DNA from: a bacterium
GTDB taxonomy: Bacteria > Acidobacteriota > Blastocatellia > HR10
Direction: 5' to 3'
Assembly: GCA_041640655.1 (NCBI GenBank)
Contig: JBEPZV010000014.1
Coordinates: 1 to 54,820, forward strand
DNA: 54,820 nucleotides
Shown here: piece after piece, positions 10,364-19,718 of the stretch
Layout: every line of letters begins with the position of its first letter
How positions within the stretch are numbered: the stretch's first letter is position 1
Notes under the pieces: generated by a model
What the model saw: only the letters and a program-made list of their open reading frames with translations
Told to the model about the DNA's origin: nothing
Database searches by the model: none
Position numbers and translations under genes: made by a program

Positions 10364-11392
10364 ATGACGCGACACGGAACGGATGATGTGATCCGAGCTT
10401 CCCGATCGGAGGCGCCTTCGATGGCGGAGATCTTCGCCTTGATCCGGGACGAATTGGCCGCCTTCGAGCAGGAGTTCGCTCGCCAGATCGCCTCTGATGT
10501 GCCGTTGATTGCGGAGATCGGCCGGTATGTGAAGGACGGCGGGGGGAAGCGCATTCGGCCGACGTTGCTGTTGCTCTCGGCGAAGCTGTGGGGACATCCG
10601 GTCACCCCGGCGACGATTCGGCTGGCCGTCGTTGTGGAATTCATCCACACGGCCACGCTCGTGCACGATGACATCATTGACGGCGCGCACGTGCGGCGGG
10701 GACGCCCTTCGGTGAACGCTCGGTGGGGGAACCAGATCACCGTGCTCATGGGGGACTGGCTCTACATGCGCGCGTTCGAGATGGCGCTCGAGGAGCGCAG
10801 CTTCGAGATCCTGGACCTGCTCACGCGCATCACGCGGAAGATGACCGAAGGAGAACTGATCCAGCTCGGACATATCGGCGATCTCTTCATCACCCGCGAG
10901 CGCTATTTCGAGATCCTCCGGCGGAAGACGGCCTACCTCTTCAGCGCGTGCGCGGAGATTGGGGGGATCTTGGGCGGAGCTTCTCCCGTGGAGAAACTCG
11001 CCCTGCGCGAGTACGGGATGAACCTCGGCACGGCCTTCCAGTTGATTGATGATGTGCTCGACTTCGTCGCCGATGAGGAGAGCTTGGGCAAACCGGCGGG
11101 CAGTGATCTGCGCGAAGGGAAACTGACACTCCCCCTGATCCTCTTGGTCGAGCGCGGTGAGCCGAGGCATCTGGAGATGGTTCGCGCCGTGCTCAGTGAT
11201 GGCGATTATACGCGGGTGACGCGGCAGGAGCTGGTCGCCGTGTTGGAGGCCGAGGGCTTCCTGGATCGAGCGCGGGAGGAAGCCCGCGCCTATGCGCGGC
11301 GCGCCTCGGCCTGCTTGCGCGCACTGGCCCCATCGCCCTATCGAGATGCCCTGGATCGAATCGCGCACTTCACCGTGGAGCGCACGCGATGA
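10364..11392 (+). CDS. ispB: Long-chain polyprenyl diphosphate synthase (IspB/HepT-like)
   Basis: 'GGKRIRP', 'HTATLVHDDIID...RRG', 'KTAYLF', 'AFQLIDDVLD', 'DLREGKLTLP'; TGnTACATT at 10321-10329. Confidence 0.9.
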   Translation: MTRHGTDDVIRASRSEAPSMAEIFALIRDELAAFEQEFARQIASDVPLIAEIGRYVKDGGGKRIRPTLLLLSAKLWGHPVTPATIRLAVVVEFIHTATLVHDDIIDGAHVRRGRPSVNARWGNQITVLMGDWLYMRAFEMALEERSFEILDLLTRITRKMTEGELIQLGHIGDLFITRERYFEILRRKTAYLFSACAEIGGILGGASPVEKLALREYGMNLGTAFQLIDDVLDFVADEESLGKPAGSDLREGKLTLPLILLVERGEPRHLEMVRAVLSDGDYTRVTRQELVAVLEAEGFLDRAREEARAYARRASACLRALAPSPYRDALDRIAHFTVERTR

Positions 11393-11422
11393 GGGGATCC
11401 TCTCCTGAGGAGCGATTCGATC

Positions 11423-12160
11423 ATGCGGCCACTCCCTGAATTGAAGGCGTGGCGGGGGACGCGCGCCGAGCGCGCGTTCGTCGAGCGCGTGCGCACCTGG
11501 TCGGTCCTCGATCCCGAGGCGCAACAGGGAGCCGCCGTGGCGCATTGGAGCACCTGCTGGTTCCAGCGCGCAGCGCTCGATGTCTATTTGGAGCTTCTGG
11601 ACACGGAGGTCCCGGCGCCGGGAGGGGGGACCTTCAGCGCCCTCGAACAGAAGATGTGGAGCTTTCTGCAATTGGCGAAGGCGGCCCTCGATGCCCTGGC
11701 GCGTGAGATCAACTTGGTCTATTGGCATTTGGACCCGCGCCGCCGCTTCTTCGATCCGACAGGGCGCACGCGCTGGGTGACCTTTTACACGGTGCGCGAG
11801 CGATTGCTCTCGCTGGAGGACTTTCGAGACGATTCGCTCGCGCGCTTGCTCCAGGCGCGGACGCGCGCGGAGACGGCCGATCCGATCTATCGCGATTTGA
11901 GCCACTTGGCCACGGCCAGCCTGACGGCCCCGCAGTTGATCGGACACCTGGAGCTTCCAGAATCGAAGCGCTCGGGATCGGCGCCGCGAGCGAGCGAGGC
12001 GCGCATCTTCATCCCGGACGATCCCCGGCGATGGCCGTTCACCTACGAGCGCGGCTTTGAAGTCGGTTCCCTGTTCCCGGCGATCCTCCGCTGGCTTGAA
12101 CTCTTCGCGGACGAGGTCTACGATAAGCTTGACCTCCGCTTGAGGGGGGAGACGCGATGA
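11423..12160 (+). CDS. Hypothetical protein, possibly a divergent HEPN (Cthe_2314-like) fold
   Basis: 245-aa ORF with GGAG SD; helix 'SFLQLAKAALDALAREINLVY'; fold call is tentative. Confidence 0.6.
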   Translation: MRPLPELKAWRGTRAERAFVERVRTWSVLDPEAQQGAAVAHWSTCWFQRAALDVYLELLDTEVPAPGGGTFSALEQKMWSFLQLAKAALDALAREINLVYWHLDPRRRFFDPTGRTRWVTFYTVRERLLSLEDFRDDSLARLLQARTRAETADPIYRDLSHLATASLTAPQLIGHLELPESKRSGSAPRASEARIFIPDDPRRWPFTYERGFEVGSLFPAILRWLELFADEVYDKLDLRLRGETR

Positions 12161-12747
12161 GCGGATCGAAGCTCTGCCGGATGTCGCCCGAGCGCGCGGT
12201 CGTGGTTTTTCTGCTCCTGTGGGGCATCCTCGGGATGGAAATGGGCGCGCAGTCGTGGTACGGATCGGGCTTGCGCCGCGTCGAGCGCCTCACGCGCTAC
12301 GAGGTGAAGGTCGAGGATCGGGTGTTCGTCCTCTATCCCCTCGCCGTCAGCTTCGATCTGGAGCGTCAGGAGACGACCATCTGGCTCTATGTCGGATCGG
12401 AGCGCGATCCGGGGAAGAAGCGGTACTTCTGCCCGCGCGGCGCGCTTCTGCGCGATGGCGTGAGCGAGCGGCGTTTCGCCCTGAGCCGTTTGGAAGGACT
12501 CTCCATCGTGAGGCGGAGGGGGGAATGTCTGGAATTCCTCGCGCAAGGCCCGAATCTGGACGCGCGCGCGCGTGCGCTCTTTCAAGCCGTGGGCGAGCAT
12601 CGGTGGGCGGGGGCGGAGAAGCTCCCGCCGTCTCCGGCTCAGGTGGGGCTGGTCTTCTTCGGACTCCCTTCGCCGCGCGCCTCGCATCTGGCCCTTCAGC
12701 TCCCCTTTGGGGAGGAGATCCTCATCGCGACCAGCGACCTGCAGTGA
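12157..12747 (+). CDS. Hypothetical exported or membrane-anchored protein
   Basis: ATGA-coupled to the upstream ORF; N-terminal hydrophobic segment, then a beta-rich domain. Confidence 0.6.
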   Translation: MSGSKLCRMSPERAVVVFLLLWGILGMEMGAQSWYGSGLRRVERLTRYEVKVEDRVFVLYPLAVSFDLERQETTIWLYVGSERDPGKKRYFCPRGALLRDGVSERRFALSRLEGLSIVRRRGECLEFLAQGPNLDARARALFQAVGEHRWAGAEKLPPSPAQVGLVFFGLPSPRASHLALQLPFGEEILIATSDLQ

Positions 12748-12788
12748 TGACGCGGGTCGCGCTCTTGTGCTACATTATTGGCGGATTT

Positions 12789-14126
12789 ATGACGCACAGG
12801 CGATTGATCATACAAGCCGGATGCCTCACCGTGCTCCTCTGCGGCATGGCGCGCGCGGATGTCCACGTCGTGACCTTCGACGACATCGTGCATCCGGCGA
12901 GCGCGCAGTTGGTCGAGCGGGCCATTCGCGTGGCCGAGCAGGCGCAGTCGCGCGCGCTCATCATCACGCTGCGCACCCCGGGAGGGCTCGTCTCGGCCAT
13001 GCGAGAGATCGTCGAGCGGATCCTGGCCGCGCGCGTGCCCGTGGTCGTTTATGTCTCACCGAGTGGCGCTAATGCGGCTTCGGCCGGTTTCTTCATCCTC
13101 ATCTCGGCGGACGTGGCCGCCATGGCGCCGGGGACGAATACGGGAGCGGCTCATCCGGTCGCCATCGGCATGGAGCAGGATCGCACGATGTACGAGAAAG
13201 CGGAGAACGATGCGGCGGCGTACATCCGTTCGCTCGCCGAGAAGCGTGGGCGCAACATGGAGCTGGCGGAGGCCGCTGTGCGCACGAGCCGCTCCTATAC
13301 GGAGACGGAGGCCCTGCGCGAGGGGTTGATTGATCTGGTCGCGCGCGATCTGGAGGACTTGCTCGCGCAACTGGATGGGCGCACGGTTCGCCGTCTGGGC
13401 GGGGAGACCGTCACGCTCCGCACCAAGGGGGAACGGGTCGTGCGGATTGAGCCCACGCTGCGCGAGCGCGTGCTCAGCTTCCTGGCCAATCCGAACATCG
13501 CCTTCGTGTTGGGCGCCATCGGCCTGCTCATGATCTACTTCGAGCTGAACAATCCGGGGGCGATCATCCCGGCCGTCGTCGGCACGATCGCGCTCGTGCT
13601 CGCGCTCTATGGCTTTCACCTGCTGCCGATCAGCTTGACCGGCGTGCTCCTGCTCATCATCGCGGTCGCGCTCTTCATCGCCGAGGCCAAGATCCAGAGC
13701 TTCGGCGTGCTCGGCGCTGGAGGGATCGTCTCGATGATCATCGGCGCGCTGATGCTCGTGGATGCGCCGGATCCGGCGATTCAGATCCGCCGTTCGATCG
13801 CCTTCGCCATCGCCATTCCCACGGCGGTGGCGATGATCGTGATCCTGCGGCTGGCCATGAAGGCGCGAGAGCAGAAGGTCGTCACCGGGGATCTCGGCAT
13901 GGTGGGGTTGATCGGGACGGCGGAGACGGAGTTGAATCCCGAGGGACAAGTCTTCGTGCGCGGCGAGCTGTGGAGTGCCGTCGCCTCCTCGCGCATCGCG
14001 AAAGGAGAGCGCGTGCGCGTGGTGGGGATCGAGGGTTTGAAGCTGCGCGTGGAGGCCATGCAGCCGCTGGAGCCGCCACGTCAGACGTCTATTCTGGATG
14101 TCGCGCGCAACGAGGAGCGCTCCTGA
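12789..14126 (+). CDS. nfeD: NfeD membrane-bound serine protease (ClpP-like domain, TM bundle, OB domain)
   Basis: 'TPGG', 'AASAG' (Ser), 'MAPGTNTGAAHPV', 'EKAEND' (Lys), C-terminal 'GQVFVRGELWSA'; TGnTACATT at 12768-12776. Confidence 0.95.
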   Translation: MTHRRLIIQAGCLTVLLCGMARADVHVVTFDDIVHPASAQLVERAIRVAEQAQSRALIITLRTPGGLVSAMREIVERILAARVPVVVYVSPSGANAASAGFFILISADVAAMAPGTNTGAAHPVAIGMEQDRTMYEKAENDAAAYIRSLAEKRGRNMELAEAAVRTSRSYTETEALREGLIDLVARDLEDLLAQLDGRTVRRLGGETVTLRTKGERVVRIEPTLRERVLSFLANPNIAFVLGAIGLLMIYFELNNPGAIIPAVVGTIALVLALYGFHLLPISLTGVLLLIIAVALFIAEAKIQSFGVLGAGGIVSMIIGALMLVDAPDPAIQIRRSIAFAIAIPTAVAMIVILRLAMKAREQKVVTGDLGMVGLIGTAETELNPEGQVFVRGELWSAVASSRIAKGERVRVVGIEGLKLRVEAMQPLEPPRQTSILDVARNEERS

Positions 14127-14219
14127 AGCCGTGCCGCTGAGGCGGCGATGCCTCTCTGGTGAGCGCACAGAGGAGGAGCTCATAGGCGTCGCGCAGATTG
14201 CCGCAAAAAGGAGGGACCT

Positions 14220-15002
14220 ATGCCGGAACTCTTCACCGGATCCACCATCGCCGCGATCATCCTTCTGCTCTGGGTGTTGAGCTGGATCAAGATCATCAAT
14301 GAGTACGAGCGCGGCGTCGTCTTCACCTTCGGGCGACTGCGGCCCGAACCGAAACCGCCGGGCATTCGTCTGGTGATCGGCCCCTTTCAGCGCATGGTGC
14401 GCGTGAGCCTGCGCACCGTCGCCATGGACGTTCCCCCGCAGGATGTCATCACGCGGGATAACGTCTCGGTGAAGGTGAACGCCGTCGTCTACTTCCGCGT
14501 CATTGATGCGAACAAGGCGATCGTCGAGGTCGAGAACTATCTCTACGCGACCTCGCAATTGGCGCAGACGACCTTGCGCTCGGTCTGCGGCGAGGTCGAG
14601 CTGGACGATCTGCTCAGCAAGCGCGAGGAGTTGAACGCGCGATTGCAGCGCATCCTGGACAAGCACACCGACCCCTGGGGGATCAAGGTGAGCATGGTCG
14701 AGATCAAAGCCGTGGACCTGCCGCAGGAGATGATCCGTGCCATCTCCAGGCAAGCGGAGGCTGAGCGGGAGAAGCGCGCCAAGATCATTCACGCGGAGGG
14801 CGAATACTTGGCCGCGCAGCAATTGACCGATGCGGCGCGCAAGCTCTCCGAGGAGCCGCTCTCCATCCAGTTGCGATATCTGCAGACGCTGACCGAGATC
14901 GGCGCGGAGAAGAACTCGACCGTGGTCTTCCCCTTGCCCTTGGAACTGCTCTCCGTTCTCGCCCCGAAACCGACGCGAGCAGAGGTGACGGATCGGTCCT
15001 GA
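14220..15002 (+). CDS. SPFH/stomatin-like (slipin) protein
   Basis: 'EYERGVVF', '[23 protein letters not shown]', '[13 protein letters not shown]', 'LRYLQTL'; canonical nfeD partner. Confidence 0.96.
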   Translation: MPELFTGSTIAAIILLLWVLSWIKIINEYERGVVFTFGRLRPEPKPPGIRLVIGPFQRMVRVSLRTVAMDVPPQDVITRDNVSVKVNAVVYFRVIDANKAIVEVENYLYATSQLAQTTLRSVCGEVELDDLLSKREELNARLQRILDKHTDPWGIKVSMVEIKAVDLPQEMIRAISRQAEAEREKRAKIIHAEGEYLAAQQLTDAARKLSEEPLSIQLRYLQTLTEIGAEKNSTVVFPLPLELLSVLAPKPTRAEVTDRS

Positions 15003-15015
15003 CACGAGGAGGTCT

Positions 15016-15468
15016 ATGCAGGATAACATTCGAGCCAGAAGTCGGCGCGCGATCGTGCTCTTCATCGGGTGTGTGACGCTGGCCTTCGCGATGTTCGCCA
15101 CTGGGTTATTCATCGGGCGGTGGTCTCGGACACTCGAGCCCCGAACCGGATCGGCGTCGGCGACTCCCGAAGCGCAGCCGAGGGCGACCGTCCCGGCGGT
15201 CGCTTCGGAGGCCTCGCGGGATGAACCTGCGTCCTATCTGATTCGGGTTGGGAGCTTCTCCTCTTCGGCCGAAGCCGAGGATTTCGTCGCTCGTCTGAAG
15301 GAGCGCGGCTTCGATATGGCCTTCACGCGCTCCCGTTCCGCATCGGATGGAACGTCGAGCGTGGACGTGCTCCTCGGCCCGTTCGCCGATGCCACGGCCG
15401 CCGCTCAGGTCCTGCGCGAGCTTCGCAATAGCGGCGTCTCTGATCTCCAAATCGTTCCCACTCGATGA
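15016..15468 (+). CDS. Membrane-anchored SPOR-domain protein
   Basis: TM helix, low-complexity linker, 'YLIRVGSFSSSAEAE...LKERGF...VLLGPF'. Confidence 0.82.
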   Translation: MQDNIRARSRRAIVLFIGCVTLAFAMFATGLFIGRWSRTLEPRTGSASATPEAQPRATVPAVASEASRDEPASYLIRVGSFSSSAEAEDFVARLKERGFDMAFTRSRSASDGTSSVDVLLGPFADATAAAQVLRELRNSGVSDLQIVPTR

Positions 15469-15492
15469 CGCGGACTCGGGTCGGAGCAGAAC

Positions 15493-17115
15493 GTGCGGGC
15501 CTCAGCCGTATCTGCTGAGCGGCAGCGTGCGAGTGCTCGGCGAATCTCCGAGGCGGAGCCTCTCGCCCCTCGCGATTGGGCGTATGCTGGCGCGACCGGA
15601 CTCGCGCTCGCCCTCTCGTTCCCCTCGCCCTTTGGGGAAGGGGTGTGGATCCTCGCCTGGGGGGCTTGGATCCCTCTCCTGCTTCGCATCGCGAGGCGCC
15701 CGGCGCTCACGCTCCGACAGACCTTCCTCCTCGGCCTCGGTGTCGCGCTCATCTTCTTCTACGGCAGCTTCTCCTGGCTGACCTTTCCGATCATCCACTA
15801 TGGGGGCGTGCCCGCTCCACTGGCGTACATGCTCTTGCTCATTCCGGCGTTCGTGCTCTCCGTGTTCTTCTTCGTCTTCCTTCGACTCGCACACTGGGGG
15901 ATCACGCGATGGGGGAGAGGGGGAGTGCTCGCGGCGCCATTCTTTTGGGTCGCCTCGGAGTGGGCGCGCGCGGAGGCGACGCGACATGGATGGAATCTGC
16001 TCGGATACAGCCAGGCCCCTGTCCCGGAACTGATTCAGATCGCGCGCTACACGGGCGTGTGGGGCGTGAGCTTCCTCGTCCTTTTGGCGAGCGCGCTCAG
16101 TGTCTTCTTCGCGATGAACGCCGCGCGGCGTCGGACGCGCGCAGTCGCCCTCATCGGCGTGCCGCTTGCGCTTCTGGGCATCGTCTTCCTCCTGGGGAGG
16201 ATGGCTCGTCCCCTGGAGGAGGCCGCGCGCGACGCCTCAGCCGTGCGCATCTTCGCCGTGCAGCCGATGATCCCGGTCGTCGGCCGTGGAGCCGGATTGC
16301 GCGCTCCGGATGTCATCGAGAGCCTGGATCGTCATCTGCGCCTCTCCGAGCGCGTCCTCGCCGAAGACGAAGGAGGCCAGGAGCCACGCGTGCTCATCTG
16401 GCCGGAATCCCCGATGAATCTCTCCCTCGATGAAGATGCGGCCATCGCGGCGTATCTCGCCGAGTTCTCGCGGCGGCATGGCGTCTATCTCCTCCTGAAT
16501 CATCTGGGGAGGACGGCGCGCGGCTGGCACAACAGCGCGGCGGTGATCTCTCCGCGCGGGGAGCGTATCGCCGACTATCACAAGATCCGGCTTCTGGAAT
16601 TCGGCGAGTATGTCCCCGGACGTCGGTTCTTCCCGTTCTTGAAGAAGATCCCGGCTCTGGCGGGCGATTTCGTCCCAGGAACAACGCACACGATCGCGCC
16701 TGTGGGAGCGGTGCGCCTCGGGGTGTTCATCTGTTTCGAGTCCGCTTTCCCGGAGATCCCGCGCGCGCTCGTGCGGCGAGGGGCGACACTGCTGGTGAAC
16801 ATCTCCAACGACGGATGGTTCGGCCCGACGGCGGGGGCGCGACAGCATCTTCAACACGCCGTCTTTCGTGCGGTCGAGCTGGGGCGTCCGCTCGTTCGCG
16901 TGACCAACAGCGGCATCACGGCGTTGATCACCCCCTATGGGGACGTGCGCGCGGAGACGCCGCTCTTTCAAGAAGCGACACGTCGGTGGCACCTGGGATA
17001 CCCGTCGGCGTCTCTCACCATGTATGCGCGCTTTGGGGATCTCTTCGCCTGGCTGTGCGTGGCCGTGAGCCTTGGCCTTCTGGCATGGGGGCGTCGGCGA
17101 GCAGGGACGGCGTGA
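15493..17115 (+). CDS. lnt: Apolipoprotein N-acyltransferase
   Basis: Multi-TM plus nitrilase triad 'WPES', 'YHKIRLLEFGEY', 'ICFES'; also 'NISNDGWFG', 'RVTNSGIT'. Confidence 0.96.
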   Translation: MRASAVSAERQRASARRISEAEPLAPRDWAYAGATGLALALSFPSPFGEGVWILAWGAWIPLLLRIARRPALTLRQTFLLGLGVALIFFYGSFSWLTFPIIHYGGVPAPLAYMLLLIPAFVLSVFFFVFLRLAHWGITRWGRGGVLAAPFFWVASEWARAEATRHGWNLLGYSQAPVPELIQIARYTGVWGVSFLVLLASALSVFFAMNAARRRTRAVALIGVPLALLGIVFLLGRMARPLEEAARDASAVRIFAVQPMIPVVGRGAGLRAPDVIESLDRHLRLSERVLAEDEGGQEPRVLIWPESPMNLSLDEDAAIAAYLAEFSRRHGVYLLLNHLGRTARGWHNSAAVISPRGERIADYHKIRLLEFGEYVPGRRFFPFLKKIPALAGDFVPGTTHTIAPVGAVRLGVFICFESAFPEIPRALVRRGATLLVNISNDGWFGPTAGARQHLQHAVFRAVELGRPLVRVTNSGITALITPYGDVRAETPLFQEATRRWHLGYPSASLTMYARFGDLFAWLCVAVSLGLLAWGRRRAGTA

Positions 17116-17124
17116 GCGTCGCTG

Positions 17125-18030
17125 CTATCCTCGCCGCTCGAGGACAAGTTGTGCCAGAGCGACGAGCCGTTCCGAGCGCGGTAGGAGTCGGATCGCATCC
17201 AGAGCTTCGCCGATGAGCGCTTCGGCCTGACGCCGCGAGGCCTCGATGCCGTAAAGGCGCGGATAGGTCGCTTTCCGAGCCACCGCATCTTTGCCCGGAG
17301 TCTTCCCGATCTCTTCCGGCGTTCCCGTCACGTCGAGCACGTCATCAATGATCTGGAAGGCGAGTCCGAGGCATTCGCCGTAGCGCGTGAGGGCGCGCAT
17401 CGGTTCCGGTCCCGCTCCTCCCAAGATCCCACCGACGCGCACCGAAGCCGTGATCAGAGCTCCGGTTTTCGCGCGATGGATCGTCCGGAGCGTCATCTCA
17501 TCGAAGGGTTTTCCTTCCGTCAGCAGGTCCAGGACCTGGCCCCCGATCATCCCGTCGGTCGTCCCCGCCGCCTGGGCGATCTCGGCGATCACGCGGACTT
17601 GGCGATCGCGATAAGCGTCCGGGATCGGGATTTCGGCCAGCGTCCGAAACGCGAGGGTGAGCAGCGCATCACCCGCCAAAAGGGCGATCGCTTCGCCGAA
17701 GACTTTGTGACAGGTCGGTCGTCCGCGCCGCCAGTCATCATTGTCGAGTGCCGGGAGGTCATCGTGAATGAGCGAGTAGGTGTGGATCATCTCGATGGCG
17801 CAGGCCGTCGGCAGCAGCCACGATTCGGGGACATCGAACATCTCTCCAGTCGCGATCGTGAGGATGGGGCGCAGTCGTTTCCCACCGGCGAAGAGGCTGT
17901 AGCGCATGGCCCGGTGAATGATGTCGGGAGGCGTCGTTTCAGAGGGGACGAGCCGATCCAGCCACTGATGCAGGCGCTCCCGTTGCGCGTTCAAGTATTC
18001 CGCCAGCGCGGTCGCCCTCGACATCGTCAC
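17125..18030 (-). CDS. ispA: Farnesyl/geranylgeranyl diphosphate synthase
   Basis: 'GGKRLRP', '[21 protein letters not shown]', 'GGQVLD', 'KTGAL', 'GKTPGKD...KATYP'; follows xseB (start 18030 or 18024). Confidence 0.95.
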   Translation of the reverse strand: MTMSRATALAEYLNAQRERLHQWLDRLVPSETTPPDIIHRAMRYSLFAGGKRLRPILTIATGEMFDVPESWLLPTACAIEMIHTYSLIHDDLPALDNDDWRRGRPTCHKVFGEAIALLAGDALLTLAFRTLAEIPIPDAYRDRQVRVIAEIAQAAGTTDGMIGGQVLDLLTEGKPFDEMTLRTIHRAKTGALITASVRVGGILGGAGPEPMRALTRYGECLGLAFQIIDDVLDVTGTPEEIGKTPGKDAVARKATYPRLYGIEASRRQAEALIGEALDAIRLLPRSERLVALAQLVLERRG

Positions 18031-18287
18031 AGTGACTGTGAGCCCTCATCGAGAGGCTCCTCAAAGGGGACGGCCTCGTACTCCCCACTCGCGTTCTTGA
18101 GCAGAATCTCGACCTTTCGCTCGGCCTCTTCGAGCCGCTTCTGGCATTCTCGCGAGAGCTTGACGCCGCGCTCGAAGAGTTCCAAAGCGCGCTCCAGGGG
18201 GAGTTCGCCGTTCTCCAACTGTTCGACAATGCCCTCCAGCTCTTTGAGCGCCGTCTCGAAGTCTGTGGGTTTCGATGCCTTACTCAT
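18027..18287 (-). CDS. xseB: Exodeoxyribonuclease VII small subunit
   Basis: '[32 protein letters not shown]'. Confidence 0.96.
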   Translation of the reverse strand: MSKASKPTDFETALKELEGIVEQLENGELPLERALELFERGVKLSRECQKRLEEAERKVEILLKNASGEYEAVPFEEPLDEGSQSL

Positions 18288-19647
18288 CGGGCCTCACCTC
18301 TTCGGTCCTGACGTTCACCTGACCCTTGAACAGGCGGACGCGCAAGCGATCCCCGACGCTCACGTCCGCCGCATCTCGGACGATGGCGCCCCGTTCGTTC
18401 CAAACGATCGCATAGCCCCGCGAGAGGACGGCCAGAGGGCTCAAGGCATCGAGCTTTCCGACGGCCGAACTGAGATGGCGTCGAGCCGTCTGAATCCGCT
18501 CGCGGATCGTGGCGTTCAGCCGATTCTGCAGCAGGGCCAAACGGCCGCGCGTCTCCGCTAGGCGGCGACTCGGTCGCTGCGCCGTGAGGCGCAACGAGAG
18601 CGCGGCGAAGTGCTCTCGGGCCGCGCGCAGCCGCTTCGTCATGGCGATCTGCAGGCGGTAGTCGAGATCGTCCGCGCGCTGCAGCGCCTGCTGCACGAGG
18701 TTTCGCGCGCGCATCAGTCCCGGTCGCGCTTGAAGCTGCGAGAGGCGCTCGCGTCGTCGGACGATGAGGTATCGCGTGGCCTTCACCAAACGCAGCTCCA
18801 GCGCGGCGAACCGTTCGATCAACTCATCGCGGCGCGCGGCGACCATCTCCGCGGCCGCCGAGGGCGTCGGCGCGCGTACGTCGGCCACGAAATCGGCGAT
18901 GGTGAAATCCGTCTCATGCCCGACGGCCGAGATGATCGGGATGCGCGAGTGAAAGATCGCGCGCGCGACGACCTCTTCATTGAAGGCCCAGAGGTCCTCG
19001 ATGGAGCCGCCGCCGCGCCCGACAATGAGGACGTCCAGATCATCGCGCCGATTCAGAATGCGGATGGCTTCAGCGATCTCCTCGGCCGCCCCATCGCCTT
19101 GAACGCGCACGGGGAAGATGAGCACATCAATACCGCGGTTGCGCCGTTTCAGAATGCGCAAGATGTCGCGGATGACCGCCCCCGTCGGCGAGGTGATCAC
19201 GCCGATCTTTCGCGGCATGAGGGGGAGCGGGCGCTTCCGTTCCGGATCGAAGAGCCCTTCGGCTGCCAGGCGCGCCTTCAGTTGCTCGAAGGCCAATTGC
19301 AGGGAGCCAACCCCGACCGGCTCCATGTAGTCCACCAGCAGCCGATACTCTCCGCGCTTCTCGTAGACGCTCAGCCGCCCGCGCGCGTACACCTCCAGTC
19401 CGTCTTCCGGCCGGAACCGGATCAGGCGATTCTGCAGACGAAAGCAGACGCAGGACAACTGCGCGTGCGCATCCTTCAGCGTGAAGTACCAGTGGCCCGA
19501 GCTGTGATGCTTGAAATTGGAGATCTCGCCGCGAACCCAGAGGTCGGGGAATTCTCCTTCCAGTAGGTCCTTGATGCGATAGGTCAGTTCGCTGACGGTG
19601 AGCGCGTGTCGTTCGGCCGCCACCTTGGCCAGGGTCGTCGGCGCCAT
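18280..19647 (-). CDS. xseA: Exodeoxyribonuclease VII large subunit
   Basis: 'GEISNF...SGHWYFTLKD', 'RGGGSIEDLWAFNEE', 'SAVGHETD', 'APTPSAAAE'. Confidence 0.98.
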   Translation of the reverse strand: MAPTTLAKVAAERHALTVSELTYRIKDLLEGEFPDLWVRGEISNFKHHSSGHWYFTLKDAHAQLSCVCFRLQNRLIRFRPEDGLEVYARGRLSVYEKRGEYRLLVDYMEPVGVGSLQLAFEQLKARLAAEGLFDPERKRPLPLMPRKIGVITSPTGAVIRDILRILKRRNRGIDVLIFPVRVQGDGAAEEIAEAIRILNRRDDLDVLIVGRGGGSIEDLWAFNEEVVARAIFHSRIPIISAVGHETDFTIADFVADVRAPTPSAAAEMVAARRDELIERFAALELRLVKATRYLIVRRRERLSQLQARPGLMRARNLVQQALQRADDLDYRLQIAMTKRLRAAREHFAALSLRLTAQRPSRRLAETRGRLALLQNRLNATIRERIQTARRHLSSAVGKLDALSPLAVLSRGYAIVWNERGAIVRDAADVSVGDRLRVRLFKGQVNVRTEEVRPDE

Positions 19648-19688
19648 GCCTCACTCCCGCCTCGATTCGATGTGCGTCATCACGCCGA

Positions 19689-19718
19689 ATCTTAGCGCGA
19701 TGGTGAGTGGGGTGTCAA
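19689..19718 (-). promoter_or_regulatory. Putative sigma70 promoter for xseA-xseB-ispA
   Basis: TTGACA-N18-TAAGAT on the minus strand; the -35 overlaps the permease stop codon. Confidence 0.6.

Noticed and set aside
15465..15518. ATG overlapping the SPOR stop, suggesting a frameshifted lnt start
   Set aside because: That frame closes after 17 codons, while lnt has its own GTG at 15493 with a GGAG SD.
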